Positions 55,301 to 64,000 of a DNA stretch of 64,000 bases are shown in pieces (within the stretch, counting starts at the first letter, position 1; the number at the start of each line of letters is the position of its first letter). The position numbers were made by a program, and so were the translations under genes. Below the pieces are notes generated by a model. The model was given only the letters and a program-made list of their open reading frames with translations, was not told the origin of the DNA and searched no databases. Source of the DNA: Adineta vaga. Lineage: Eukaryota > Animalia > Rotifera. The stretch lies in assembly GCA_021613535.1 (NCBI GenBank), contig CP075494.1:10168001-10232000 (forward strand), written 5' to 3'.

Positions 55301-58300
55301 TCTTCATGATCTCAATCAAGCATACACAACCAGTCAACTACCTCCTGATAATGATGATACTCTTCGTTATCTTGATTGTAACTATCTACATATATTGTCT
55401 TTTAATACCATGTTATTTGACTCTTCATTCTCTTTTTAAGATGCTACTATTGAACAAAAGATGCCGATGACAGGTGCAAGCATGTTTTGGCTTGATGCGC
55501 TACATGATTGCCAACTCGATCGACCACTACCGTTACCATATGATCGACATCGTCTTTCAGATGAGCATCGAACTGGTCGTGGAACATCTGTTTCTTTCGA
55601 TTTTGATCGGGATCTTTCACATCACTTCCTTACTTACTCATCTTCAAATGCCATCGGTCTTGAACATCTCGCACTTGCACTATACTACGCCTTTCTATTC
55701 AAACTAACAAACGGAGAAACAGATTTATGCATCGGAAAGAACACAGATGGTCGATACAGAGAAGAGCTTAAGTCAGTCATTGGAATGTTTGTAAATGCTA
55801 TCCCATTACGATGTCAAGTGGATCCTCATTGGTCTTCGCAACAGTTAGTCATGCATGTTAATGAAATAATGACTAATAGTATGAAATACTCGTATTTTCC
55901 TCTTCAACGTATTCTCTCAACATCCGCATGTTGCTAATCCTGCATTTCTCGATGCATCTTTTGGTTATTTTATGCTGGACAATGAAAATAAAAAGAGTGA
56001 AATCATGATTGGTGGTTTTCATCTTCACGGTATGCGTTCCTCACTTAAGATTAGCGAAGAAGAAATAACGAGTAAGTTCGACTTCTTCTTCAATATTCAA
56101 CATAATATTGTCACAAATCAACTATCATGCATAATCAATGGATCGCTTGATCTATTCGATACAGCAACAGTTGATATGATTGTGCAAAGATTCCATTTGT
56201 TTGCACAACATTTTTTTAAATCTGTCGATAATCGAATGAGTAGGCCAATTCATGAGCTATCAATGATATTACCAAATGAGAACATGGTTATGCAATCTTT
56301 GAATAATACGAAAGTGTCATTTCCTTCTGCCACGTGCATTCACCATGAATTTGTTGCTCAAGTAATACAACATCCACAAAAAATAGCCGTTGAACTTGAC
56401 GATCAATCTCTCACATTTGCGGAGCTTCTGCATCAAGCTCAAGCATTAACTCTGCATCTTCTCATACATCACGATGTTCTCCCAGGGGAAATTATCTGTC
56501 AATGTGTGGAGCGTAGTTTATCAATGGTAAACACAATTAAATGATTGTTTCATGATTATCCTATAAATAACTCATTTTCTCTAGGTTATTGGCATTTTAG
56601 CGATCGTCATGGTTGGTGGTTCATATTGTCCATTATCACCACAAGATCCTCCGCAACGTCTGAAAGCTCTTGTCAACCAAATTCATAGTCGTTTGGTTAT
56701 CATTCATCCTACCACAACTGCTATGTTCGAATTGAACACAATGACAGTTAATATTGATACAGCTATGCATTTCAATGAATCGTGTAACGAAGCAAAGGTT
56801 CAGCAACTTTCAGACATACCTATCACAGCAGAAAATATTGTCTTTACAATTTTTACTAGTGGTTCAACTGGTATTCCAAAAGCGGTTTGTATAGTGTCTG
56901 AATTCATATTTATCTAATAAATGTCTGTTTCTTTTCTAGGTTCAAGTGCGTCATCGAAACTTCACTGACTTTATGCACTCGTTTGTTTTTACTGGTGTAC
57001 TCGGAAAGAGCGATGTAATAATACAAATGGCACGTTGCTCTTTCGATAATCATCTTTTAAGTCTCGTTGGTACATTGATGACTGGAGCAACATTAGTAAT
57101 GCTTCGACCGCAAGGCAACATGGACTTAGAATATCTCACTAGAGTGCTTGATAAAAAGCAGATTAGTGTTATGCACGCGGTTCCGTCTTTGTTGAATAGT
57201 CTTTTTCATTTTCTTAAAGAAACTGAGCGTACGTTAGCTGTGAAATGGTTACGATCGTTGTGTAGTGGAGGTTTGTAGTTTTTTTTAACGATTATTGGAG
57301 TATTATAGATTTCTTTTTATTATTTTGTTACAGGTGAAGCTCTCAATGTCAAGACAGCTACCCTATTAAAAAGTGTAGTTTCAGAGACGTGTCAAGTTCG
57401 AAATCACTATGGTCCAGCCGAAGTCACTGTGAACTGTGCTTGTCATCTAATTGATCTGACTAAAGATCAAGAAAGCATTCCTCTCGGTCGACCTCTACCT
57501 AATTATCGATGTTTGATTCTGGACGAGTACTTGCAGACTGTCTATATTGGACTTGTAGGAGAACTTGTTGTTGGAGGAGTTGGCATTTTCGCAGGATATC
57601 TTGCTCGTGCTGATTTAACGAGAGCAGTATTAATTAAAATGAATGATGAGATTTTCTACAAAACAGGTGATCTTGTTCGAATGGACGAAGATGGGTTGAT
57701 TCATTATGAAACTCGTAAAGATTATCAAGTGAAATTACGAGGTCAGCGTATTGAACTGAGTGAAATAGAACAGTGCCTATTGCAAACTTCTGTCGGCGCA
57801 TGCATCGTCATCAAATGGGGTGATGATCATCTTGTTGCTTATGTCCAAAGCTCTGATATTACTGAAGAACAGCTACGCGAACATTGTCAATCATATCTTC
57901 CACCACATATGATTCCATCGATGTTCATCATACTTGATAAACTTCCACTCAATGCAAATGGAAAAGTAGATAGAAAACAACTTCCGCTACCCAATGTATC
58001 ATCCCTGAGCATGCTATCACCAGATGATTCTGATGTTCCACATAGTGAGTTAGAACAAAGTGTGCACGACATCTGGATTCGTGTTTTACGAAGTAATGAA
58101 AAGCAGATTTCTACAAGTACGAATTTTTTCAGTATTGGTGGTCATTCACTTTTGTTTATTGAACTTTATCATCGTTATCAATCATTTTTTGGCTTCAATA
58201 GTCATGAAGTGTCTATTGGTTCATTTCTCCAACAACCAACTATTTTCCAGCATGCACAATTACTTTGTTGCATCCCGATGAACGATTCGGAATCTACACA

Positions 58301-61300
58301 ATGGCATACGTTGCATATACAGCAAGGTATTGAACTTAATATGAATTACTGAGATATAAATAGTGTAATGGTCTTTCTGAATTTGCAGGTATTGCGTCTT
58401 TTGCTCAAGAACGAATTTTTCTCGATGAAAAGGTTCGATTCTCTAATCAAATTGCTATATACAATGAATTGGCTGCTCTGCGAGTTATTCAAGGTTCATT
58501 GTCAGTAGATCGTCTAACACAAGCTTGTCGATATGTCCTTGGCAAACATAAGATACTACGCACATCTCTAAGTTTCAATGAGAATGATGGAATTTTGATA
58601 CAATACATTACTGACAAACATAGAACATTTACAATAGTTACAAATCAAACATTTGAGAATGAGAATGAAGTTCAGAATATTTTTTATCGTGCGACAATCG
58701 ATCCTGATCTATTCGATCTATCAACTGGTCGTGTTTTTCATTGTCAAATAATTTGGCAACAGAACTCAATCGATATAAATGAGAACAGTGAACTTATTAA
58801 AGACAATGATGTGCTCATTATCGGCTTTCATCATGCAGCAAGCGATCGATCATCTCGTCCAGTATTTTACAGCGATCTATATCATGCTTATAATAACAAT
58901 TCAATATGGTTCGACGAAGAGAAATCATTGCAATACATTGATTATAGTGTTCATGAACGTCTAATCGATATGACACCATCACGCGAGTTTTGGCGTTCTC
59001 AACTAGCTGGCTACCATGTTGAGCATCACTTAGCGTTGCCTGTTGATCGACGTCGTTCGCCCAGTGAACAACGATCTGGTGCAAGTTCTATTGCTCAGAT
59101 ATCATTGGACAATGATGTTTCAACCGCATTCTTGGAATATGCTTCATCACATCAAGTGACACCATTTCAACTAGGTCTTGCTACATTCTATGCATTTTTG
59201 TTCAAGTTAACACATGGTGACAATGATATATGTGTTTCGACCCTAAATGCTAACCGATACAGACCTGAGTTGCAGAATATGGTCGGAATGTTTGTTACAA
59301 CATTACCACATCGAATTCAACTTGACCAACAGTGGACTTTTCATGAACTTGTTGAAATTGTGCACGATAAATGCTTATCGATTCTTGAACACTCTTATTA
59401 TCCTTTGCAGCAAATTATAACTGACATGCGTCTGAATCAATCAACTGTTCCATTTCTTGAAACGTTGTTTGACTTTGCTACTGGAACCTCGGATAGCAAT
59501 CGGACATGTTTACAAGCAGCAACTTTGGAATCTATGCCAGTAGAACAATCTACTCATGTTGCTAAATTTGATGTCAAGTTTTCGTTTGTCTATGACCCAT
59601 GGTTAAAAGATAATAAGTTATCATTTAATTTAAATTGTTCAAGTGATTTGTTTCACGGGACAACGGTTCTGACGATGGCTCGAAGATTCAATCATTTTCT
59701 TCATCAAATTTTTTCAACAAATCTAAATGACTCTCAAGTCGACACTCATACTCGAACTTTGAATAAGTGTAATATTATTCTACCAGAAGAAGATTTAGAA
59801 ATTCAAAAGCAAGGCTTCTGTCGACAATTAACTGATACAAAGGAAGGTATGTTGATATTTCAAGAGAAAGCTGCTAGCATGTGAGAGATTGAATCGATAA
59901 AAGCTTGAAAATCTCTCCTGCTTGGAAAAATCGCTTTATTGCTGAAAAGAATTCGTTATAGTACAATGATAAACTTCGCATTCTTGACTAACTTTTGCAT
60001 TGTGAGATCTTAGCGAAAGCATGGGACGTCGCCCAAGAAGTTTTTATTGTTATAACCGGGTAATGGGTTCCTTTTGCGCGTATACTGTCGCTTTCGTTCA
60101 CATCTATCACTGTTATACGCTCTGTAAAAGCTTATTATCGCCAGCCTTAACGAAGATATTCTGAACAAAAAATTAACAGAAAAAGGACGCGGATAAAAGT
60201 GAAGGTGTAGCAAAAGGAGGAACACGTATTATTATGATTTGAACACTCTTTGCATCTACTCTTACGCCTACTCCAGCAGCTTTTATACCCATTGATTATG
60301 GTTGATCTTTGTTTTTCGATCCTTGAAATACGAAAGATCAAAGGACTTTGATATCGCTCGAGAAAAGCTGATCTGGATAAGATAGATCTCAGTTACCTCT
60401 AAATCTATACGCTTGCTTTTGCTCCTATTCACCTGCATCCAAACTCTCGTATCGAAGATGAAGATTTGTTTTTATAGATCATTCTCTTTCTCGTACAGAA
60501 GAGTCTTGCAAGAAAAAACTGTTTGCTTACTTGCTTGTTTGTCTGTGCGCACTTCACTGATTGGTACAAAATCAATGTAAAAATAAAAAGAATTATTTTC
60601 GATAAAACCTGAACGAAGGTTAATCAACATCAGAGATGAACACGGCGCAACATGTTATGTCCTCCTCTGTTCTGATGAACGACAGAACAAAACAAAAATC
60701 GAAAGCACTTCCTGTATAGAGGGCAGGACAACACAGTAAAAGCTCGAATGTGAAAATCGTCCGGACCGACATAAACATCCAGTTTAGCGGGGCAATCGTT
60801 ACAGAGAAAGTTCAACTAGTATTTGCACTTTACAGTTACTTTTCAAAAATAACAATTTTTTACTCGATTAAAAAAACATTATTTCATACGTTTGAAGCAA
60901 CTGTAAAGTACTACTCCTGGGTTCAACAAAAACAAATCCACCCATCCTTTTGCATTATTGTCTACGTTTTTTAGTTAGATTTTATTACTTTATTCAATGA
61001 AGTATAATCGATTGCGACTAAACATTTATCAATACAACAGATACAAATGATAAATAAAGATTCTCTTAAATATGTTGCGAATAATCATTTCTTCTTTTAA
61101 GAATATCAGGTATATTTGCTATTGAAACACAAAACTTATCTTTCAATTTTCGAAAAGATAAACTGCGGTCACTGTCTCTTGATAAATCAACCTTTTACTC
61201 CGAATGCATATTATGCCTAGACGTCATATTGAGACAAGTATCTTTCATTCTTTATGTCGATCTTGATCGAATATAACTTTACCATCAGTAAAATTCAGAA

Positions 61301-64000
61301 CATTGACTTTCACAATATCGGCTATATATTTAGATGTGTGTTTCGGTGAGGATGACGAGATAAGCAGACGATTAGACGATGGTATGAGTGTTTGCTAGCG
61401 TAACAAAATGACGGATTCGCAGAGTAGAGTTCTAACGATGAATACATAGCTACAGTTCATCTATGCGACCTGTTCACCGGGCACTATCTTAGCTTTCTTT
61501 GTTTTCTGATGGATGATCACTCCTATAGGAGTTGTGCTAAATAAAGAAAAAACACGATTGTGAGTATACAGATGAAACAATACATCATCATATCGAAAGA
61601 CCAAGGGAGAAAAGCGGATCATGTGGATCCTTTTGTATTCGGCAGATACGCTTGGATCCTATATATTCTATGAATTCTACCGGATCATTTTGGGTCGTAT
61701 GGATTCTCTTTGATTTTATCGGATTCTCCTTGATCTTGAGAAAGGGATAAGGCATATCCTAGGATATAACAGAAACCGATAGGATTCAACAGAATCTGAT
61801 AGGATCCAACAGAATCCATAGAGTTCGCTTTTCCCCCCTTGTGATAAATTGATTGAGCTGTCATAAACTCTTTTTGAACGTTTACTGTTCTCCACTTATT
61901 TTTTTCAGTGCTAGTGGTCTTTTTATACACCCCTAACTTCTTTACCTCAAGTTCGGTTAAATTGTTACTGTTCTCATTATTCTAATAATTATAAATTCAA
62001 GAGTATGTTAGAATTATAATACTTCTCAATTTTACTCGCTCCGACTCTAGGGTATTTTTGAATTCTTTTCAAATTCAAAATGAAAAAAAAAGAACGATAT
62101 TTTTTCACACAACCCAGGGTATACGGACTAAACAAAAAAAACGTTTTTATTCAATAAAGACAGTCAATCTTATATTCACTTGGCATCACTAACCGTTTTT
62201 ATCGTTCTCTCACGATTTCAACCCTCTCATCAGACACTGACCAGACATACTTACACTACTATCATCATAGAATCAACACAGTCATTTATTAATATATGGA
62301 AATATAGATAGACATCAATGTATACTTTCATATATCCTTAATTCTGAAAAGGTTGGGTGTACGGTCTGAGAATATACAGATCTTCACATGCTCTTAAAAG
62401 TTTCTATACTGCATAACAAATAAAGAGCTGAACATCGGTAGACCTAGCCTCGTCCAGATCAAGGATACATGGAAGTATACATGTATGTATAGTTTTGTAT
62501 ATTTATGTATGAACAATTATAAAGACCCAGATACCCATGATTTCAGTCGGAAATGGGGTCATTTTTTTTCTTTTAAATCCAGAAAGAATTCAACTAGACC
62601 ATTCTATGCTTATTCCGAGATTCAGATTGTCATAGAAGTCCGATTATTCTAGAACTCTTATTTAGGGATGACACTTTAACTTTTTTTAGAGGTTAAAGTA
62701 ACTACTTTAACGGGAAAATGACGTTTCATACCACTTTGTTTTTCCGAACTGCGTGACGAAAAAAAATGATAGAAATCTTATCATGGAATCCGTGAAGCGA
62801 AAGTTGAAGTAAGTAAACAGCATTTTCGAACGAATGGATGTATAAAATAAGTACTTATATCAATTGGCGGTGCCTGAGCCCACCCAGTCTTACTTGTGGG
62901 TGAATTTGGCCCTCGTTGGCCCACTCTGGACAACATGTCTGCTCACATCCACATCCTCTCGGCAAGAAATTTCCGAACATCCGATAAAAATTCCCGGATA
63001 TCCGACATCCCCGAACATCTGCACGAAATCAGCAAAAAATAGTTTTCTTTTCAAACACCCGGACACGTTACCCGATGTTCAGAATGGATGGTACGAAACG
63101 TAGTTCACCCACTTTAACTTTAAAATCATAGCAAAATAAAACTATTTTGAATTTTAGAATCGTATTAAAGTTAAAATATTTTGAAGTGACTTAGTATCAT
63201 TTGCAACTGAGCAACGAACACATTTTAAATACTATAAAGAAATTTTTAATGTTAAAGCTAAAATGAAACTTTAATCACTTTTTCAAAGTAAAGTTAAAGT
63301 TAAAGTGTCACCTCTACTCTACTTCGTTCAATGTTTCGATAAACCCTACTGGGTCAAAATTCTTGTACTTTTGATTATACTCACGGATCCAAAATTGCGA
63401 TCATTCTAACATTCTAACTCTTCTAAAACTCAAACTTATTCATTTTCATAAAAATTTCCACAATATGATAGTCTTTGGTTTCTTGTGCCCGTAATCCGTG
63501 TATAATATGCGTAGTATTTGGAATCCTATTCGAAGTTCGAGTATCAGAAGAGGACTACATGTAATTCTAACTATATTCGACAAATACTAAATTTGATGAT
63601 GTTCGTAAAGTGAATTTGTACGTTAGCACCAGCGTCCTATGCGCAAGCTCGCATTTGGCTCGATGAACGGATTCGATTCGACCCTGACAAACCACAACTC
63701 GCAATATACAACATGCCTTTTCTCTATCGCCTCTCCTCCGGATATACTCTATCAATATCACAACTTCGCCATGCTCTTCAACTCATTGTGCAGAAACATC
63801 TATCACTACGAACATCACTCAACTTCGATTCAGAAAACAATGTACTCATGCAACGAATTGTTGATTTAGACAACGATAATAAAGATCAACTATATGAATT
63901 CATCGAAAGTACCTATGAAACAGAGGAAGAACTCAGTCACATTATGCACACTGAGAAAGGCAATCCACATATCTTTGATCTTTCTCGAGGTCTTGTCTTT
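13315..64000 (+). CDS. Giant intron-containing multimodular nonribosomal peptide synthetase (7 A domains in the window; 3' end lies outside it; true 5' start uncertain)
   Basis: Removing GT-AG introns joins the exons in frame, apart from two 2-bp deletions near 55,129 and 55,918. Introns: 14825-14885, 16344-16504, 17069-17131, 18214-18266, 18567-18621, 18953-19012, 20006-20068, 24683-24743, 26202-28006, 28574-28636, 29725-29779, 30080-30136, 30468-30523, 31517-31582, 33041-33930, 34495-34553, 35642-35696, 35997-36053, 36385-36438, 37438-37497, 39150-39205, 39506-40448, 40780-40830, 41833-41892, 43366-45116, 45687-45741, 46830-46888, 47189-48131, 48463-48513, 49507-49572, 51031-54812, 55378-55440, 56527-56584, 56885-56939, 57271-57333, 58327-58388, 59847-63626. 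A-domain motifs (FTSGSTGxPK, YRTGD, GRKDFQIKLRGQRIELGEIE, NGKxDR), T motifs (GG[HD]SL) and C motifs (SxAQxR, HHxxxD) recur in each module. The first in-frame ATG is at 13,315; a possible acceptor at 13,366 would imply an upstream exon. Confidence 0.92.
13372..14470 (+). repeat. Three in-frame 369-bp (123-aa) tandem repeats at the NRPS N-terminus
   Basis: The unit YYYDRIQYPR...DLQHKWSEKLKM starts at 13,372, 13,741 and 14,110. Copies are near-identical and stop-free. Confidence 0.95.
14430..14824 (+). other. N-terminal carrier (T/PCP-like) domain T0
   Basis: SFISLGGDSL phosphopantetheinylation motif, followed by the same ...TIADQVKLL...WQPLHITKG linker seen after the other T domains. Confidence 0.8.
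14886..20005 (+). other. NRPS module 1: C(HHTVYDG)-C(HHMIFDF)-A1-T1
   Basis: Motifs read from the spliced exons: A4 FDIHVQE, A5 NLCGPAETTLQ, T FFDIGGHSLL. Confidence 0.9.
20069..24682 (+). other. NRPS module 2: heterocyclization Cy-A(Cys) with embedded oxidase-T2, on a single 4,614-nt exon
   Basis: Cy motifs FPVTDIQQAYLVGR, DALIMDFWS (DxxxxDxxS), PFVFT and SQTPQVFLD. A-domain segments FDLSVY, IWNSVP, LLSGDW and SLGGATEASIWS give the Cys code DLYNLSLIWK. Ox motifs RKSYRQF, KYRYASxxxLYPV, GLYYHNP and LETGY lie between A8 and A9. T motif FFNLGGDSLL. Confidence 0.93.
26655..27277. mobile_element. Non-autonomous Mutator-like (MULE) element, 623 bp, intronic
   Basis: Perfect 9-bp flanking duplication TAAAAACAC (26,646-26,654 and 27,278-27,286). 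Ends GAGTCTACGAAAATTGATCG / CGATCAATTTTCGCTTTCCC, with iterated inverted CGAAAATTGATCGA subterminal repeats. Confidence 0.85.
27460..27850. mobile_element. hAT-type MITE, 391 bp, intronic
   Basis: Imperfect ~140-bp terminal inverted repeats (TAGAGCTCGG... / ...CCGAGCTCTG) and a perfect 8-bp target-site duplication AACAAAAG (27,452-27,459 and 27,851-27,858). Confidence 0.88.
31583..37437 (+). other. NRPS module 4: C(HHAAFDR)-C(HHAVFDI)-A4-T4
   Basis: A4 FDVHVLD, A5 NLYGPAETIIC, T IFSIGGHSLL. Confidence 0.9.
36765..38607 (+). repeat. Segmental duplication A, copy 1 (copy 2 at 41,160-43,002; offset 4,395)
   Basis: Near-identical sequence from the A7 motif (TGD) through T, the 60-nt intron and most of the following C domain. 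Confidence 0.93.
37498..41832 (+). other. NRPS module 5: single C(HHAAFDG)-A5-T5
   Basis: The C domain runs directly into the A domain (SMNNTEM...IHHEF) in one exon, 37,498-39,149. A4 FDIHVQE, A5 NLCGPAETTLQ. Confidence 0.9.
39261..41107 (+). repeat. Segmental duplication B, copy 1 (copy 2 at 46,944-48,790; offset 7,683)
   Basis: Near-identical A-domain core, including the 943-nt and 51-nt introns. Confidence 0.93.
41893..49506 (+). other. NRPS module 6: C(HHAAFDG)-C(HHALFDY)-A6-T6
   Basis: A-domain core identical to that of module 5; T FFSVGGHSLL. Confidence 0.9.
44528..44614. mobile_element. Tiny foldback MITE with CAAGG-type ends (P-element-like by inference), 87 bp
   Basis: 23-bp TIR CGAGCGGGAACAAACTGATTTCA / TGAAATCAGTTTGTTCCCCCTTG, internal TGATTTCA repeats, flanks ATACATTT / ATACATGA. 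Confidence 0.65.
52787..53026. mobile_element. MITE with CAAGGG ends and GGATC/GGATT subterminal repeats (copy at 61,602-61,841)
   Basis: TIR CAAGGGAGAAAAGCG / CGCTTTTCCCCCCTTG. No clear target-site duplication. Confidence 0.6.
53848..54502. mobile_element. hAT-type MITE, 655 bp, with a GC-richer internal segment (copy at 62,663-63,316)
   Basis: TIR TAGGGATGACACTTTAACTTT / AAAGTTAAAGTGTCACCTCTA, degenerate 8-bp TSD CTCTTATT / CTCTACTT, iterated TTTAAC/GTTAAA subterminal motifs. Confidence 0.72.
58389..64000 (+). other. NRPS module 8, partial: C(HHAASDR)-start of second C
   Basis: IASFAQERI exon at 58,389-59,846. The APASYAQARIW exon starts at 63,627 and runs off the window. Confidence 0.88.

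Larger units (their letters stand above)
49573..58326 (+). other. NRPS module 7: C(HHAAFDR)-C(HHALFDF, two frameshifts)-A7-T7
   Basis: A4 FDNHLLS, A5 NHYGPAEVTVN, T FFSIGGHSLL. Two 2-bp deletions near 55,129 and 55,918. Confidence 0.85.

Noticed and set aside
14843-59884. Reading the + strand ORFs as an operon of separate bacterial genes or as a shattered pseudogene
   Set aside because: The breaks recur at the same protein positions in every module and are bounded by GT...AG with frame restored on splicing. Only two true frameshifts remain.
14258-63869. Short antisense and alternative-frame ORFs overlapping NRPS exons, and small ORFs in the long introns
   Set aside because: They have no recognisable motifs. 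They recur only because the underlying DNA is duplicated.

Overview
This is AT-rich eukaryotic DNA. The short 51-66 nt GT-AG introns and bacterial-type NRPS domains fit a bdelloid rotifer best, but that assignment is inference. Positions 1-~10,600 are an 80-bp tandem satellite of about 130 copies, followed by ~2.6 kb of intergenic sequence. From ~13,315 to the window end lies a single giant, intron-split, + strand nonribosomal peptide synthetase (NRPS) gene. I located 37 introns by hand, giving about 34.9 kb of coding sequence (>11,600 aa), and the gene continues past 64,000. The many separate ORFs in the track are its exons. Domain order: [3x123-aa unknown repeat]-T0-C-C-A1-T1-Cy-A2(Cys)[Ox]-T2-C-C-A3-T3-C-C-A4-T4-C-A5-T5-C-C-A6-T6-C-C-A7-T7-C-C(partial). 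The main points of interest are: (1) a bacterial EpoB-like thiazoline/thiazole module carried on one intronless 4,614-nt symmetric exon inside an otherwise regularly intron-split gene; (2) modules built with tandem C-C domains that mostly have non-canonical active-site motifs; (3) phase-1 introns at domain boundaries that make C domains and whole modules skippable in frame; (4) a patchwork of near-identical 1.8-5.1 kb duplications that shuffle module parts; (5) several MITEs confined to the long C|C introns. Two 2-bp deletions in module 7 break the frame and could be assembly errors or real lesions.
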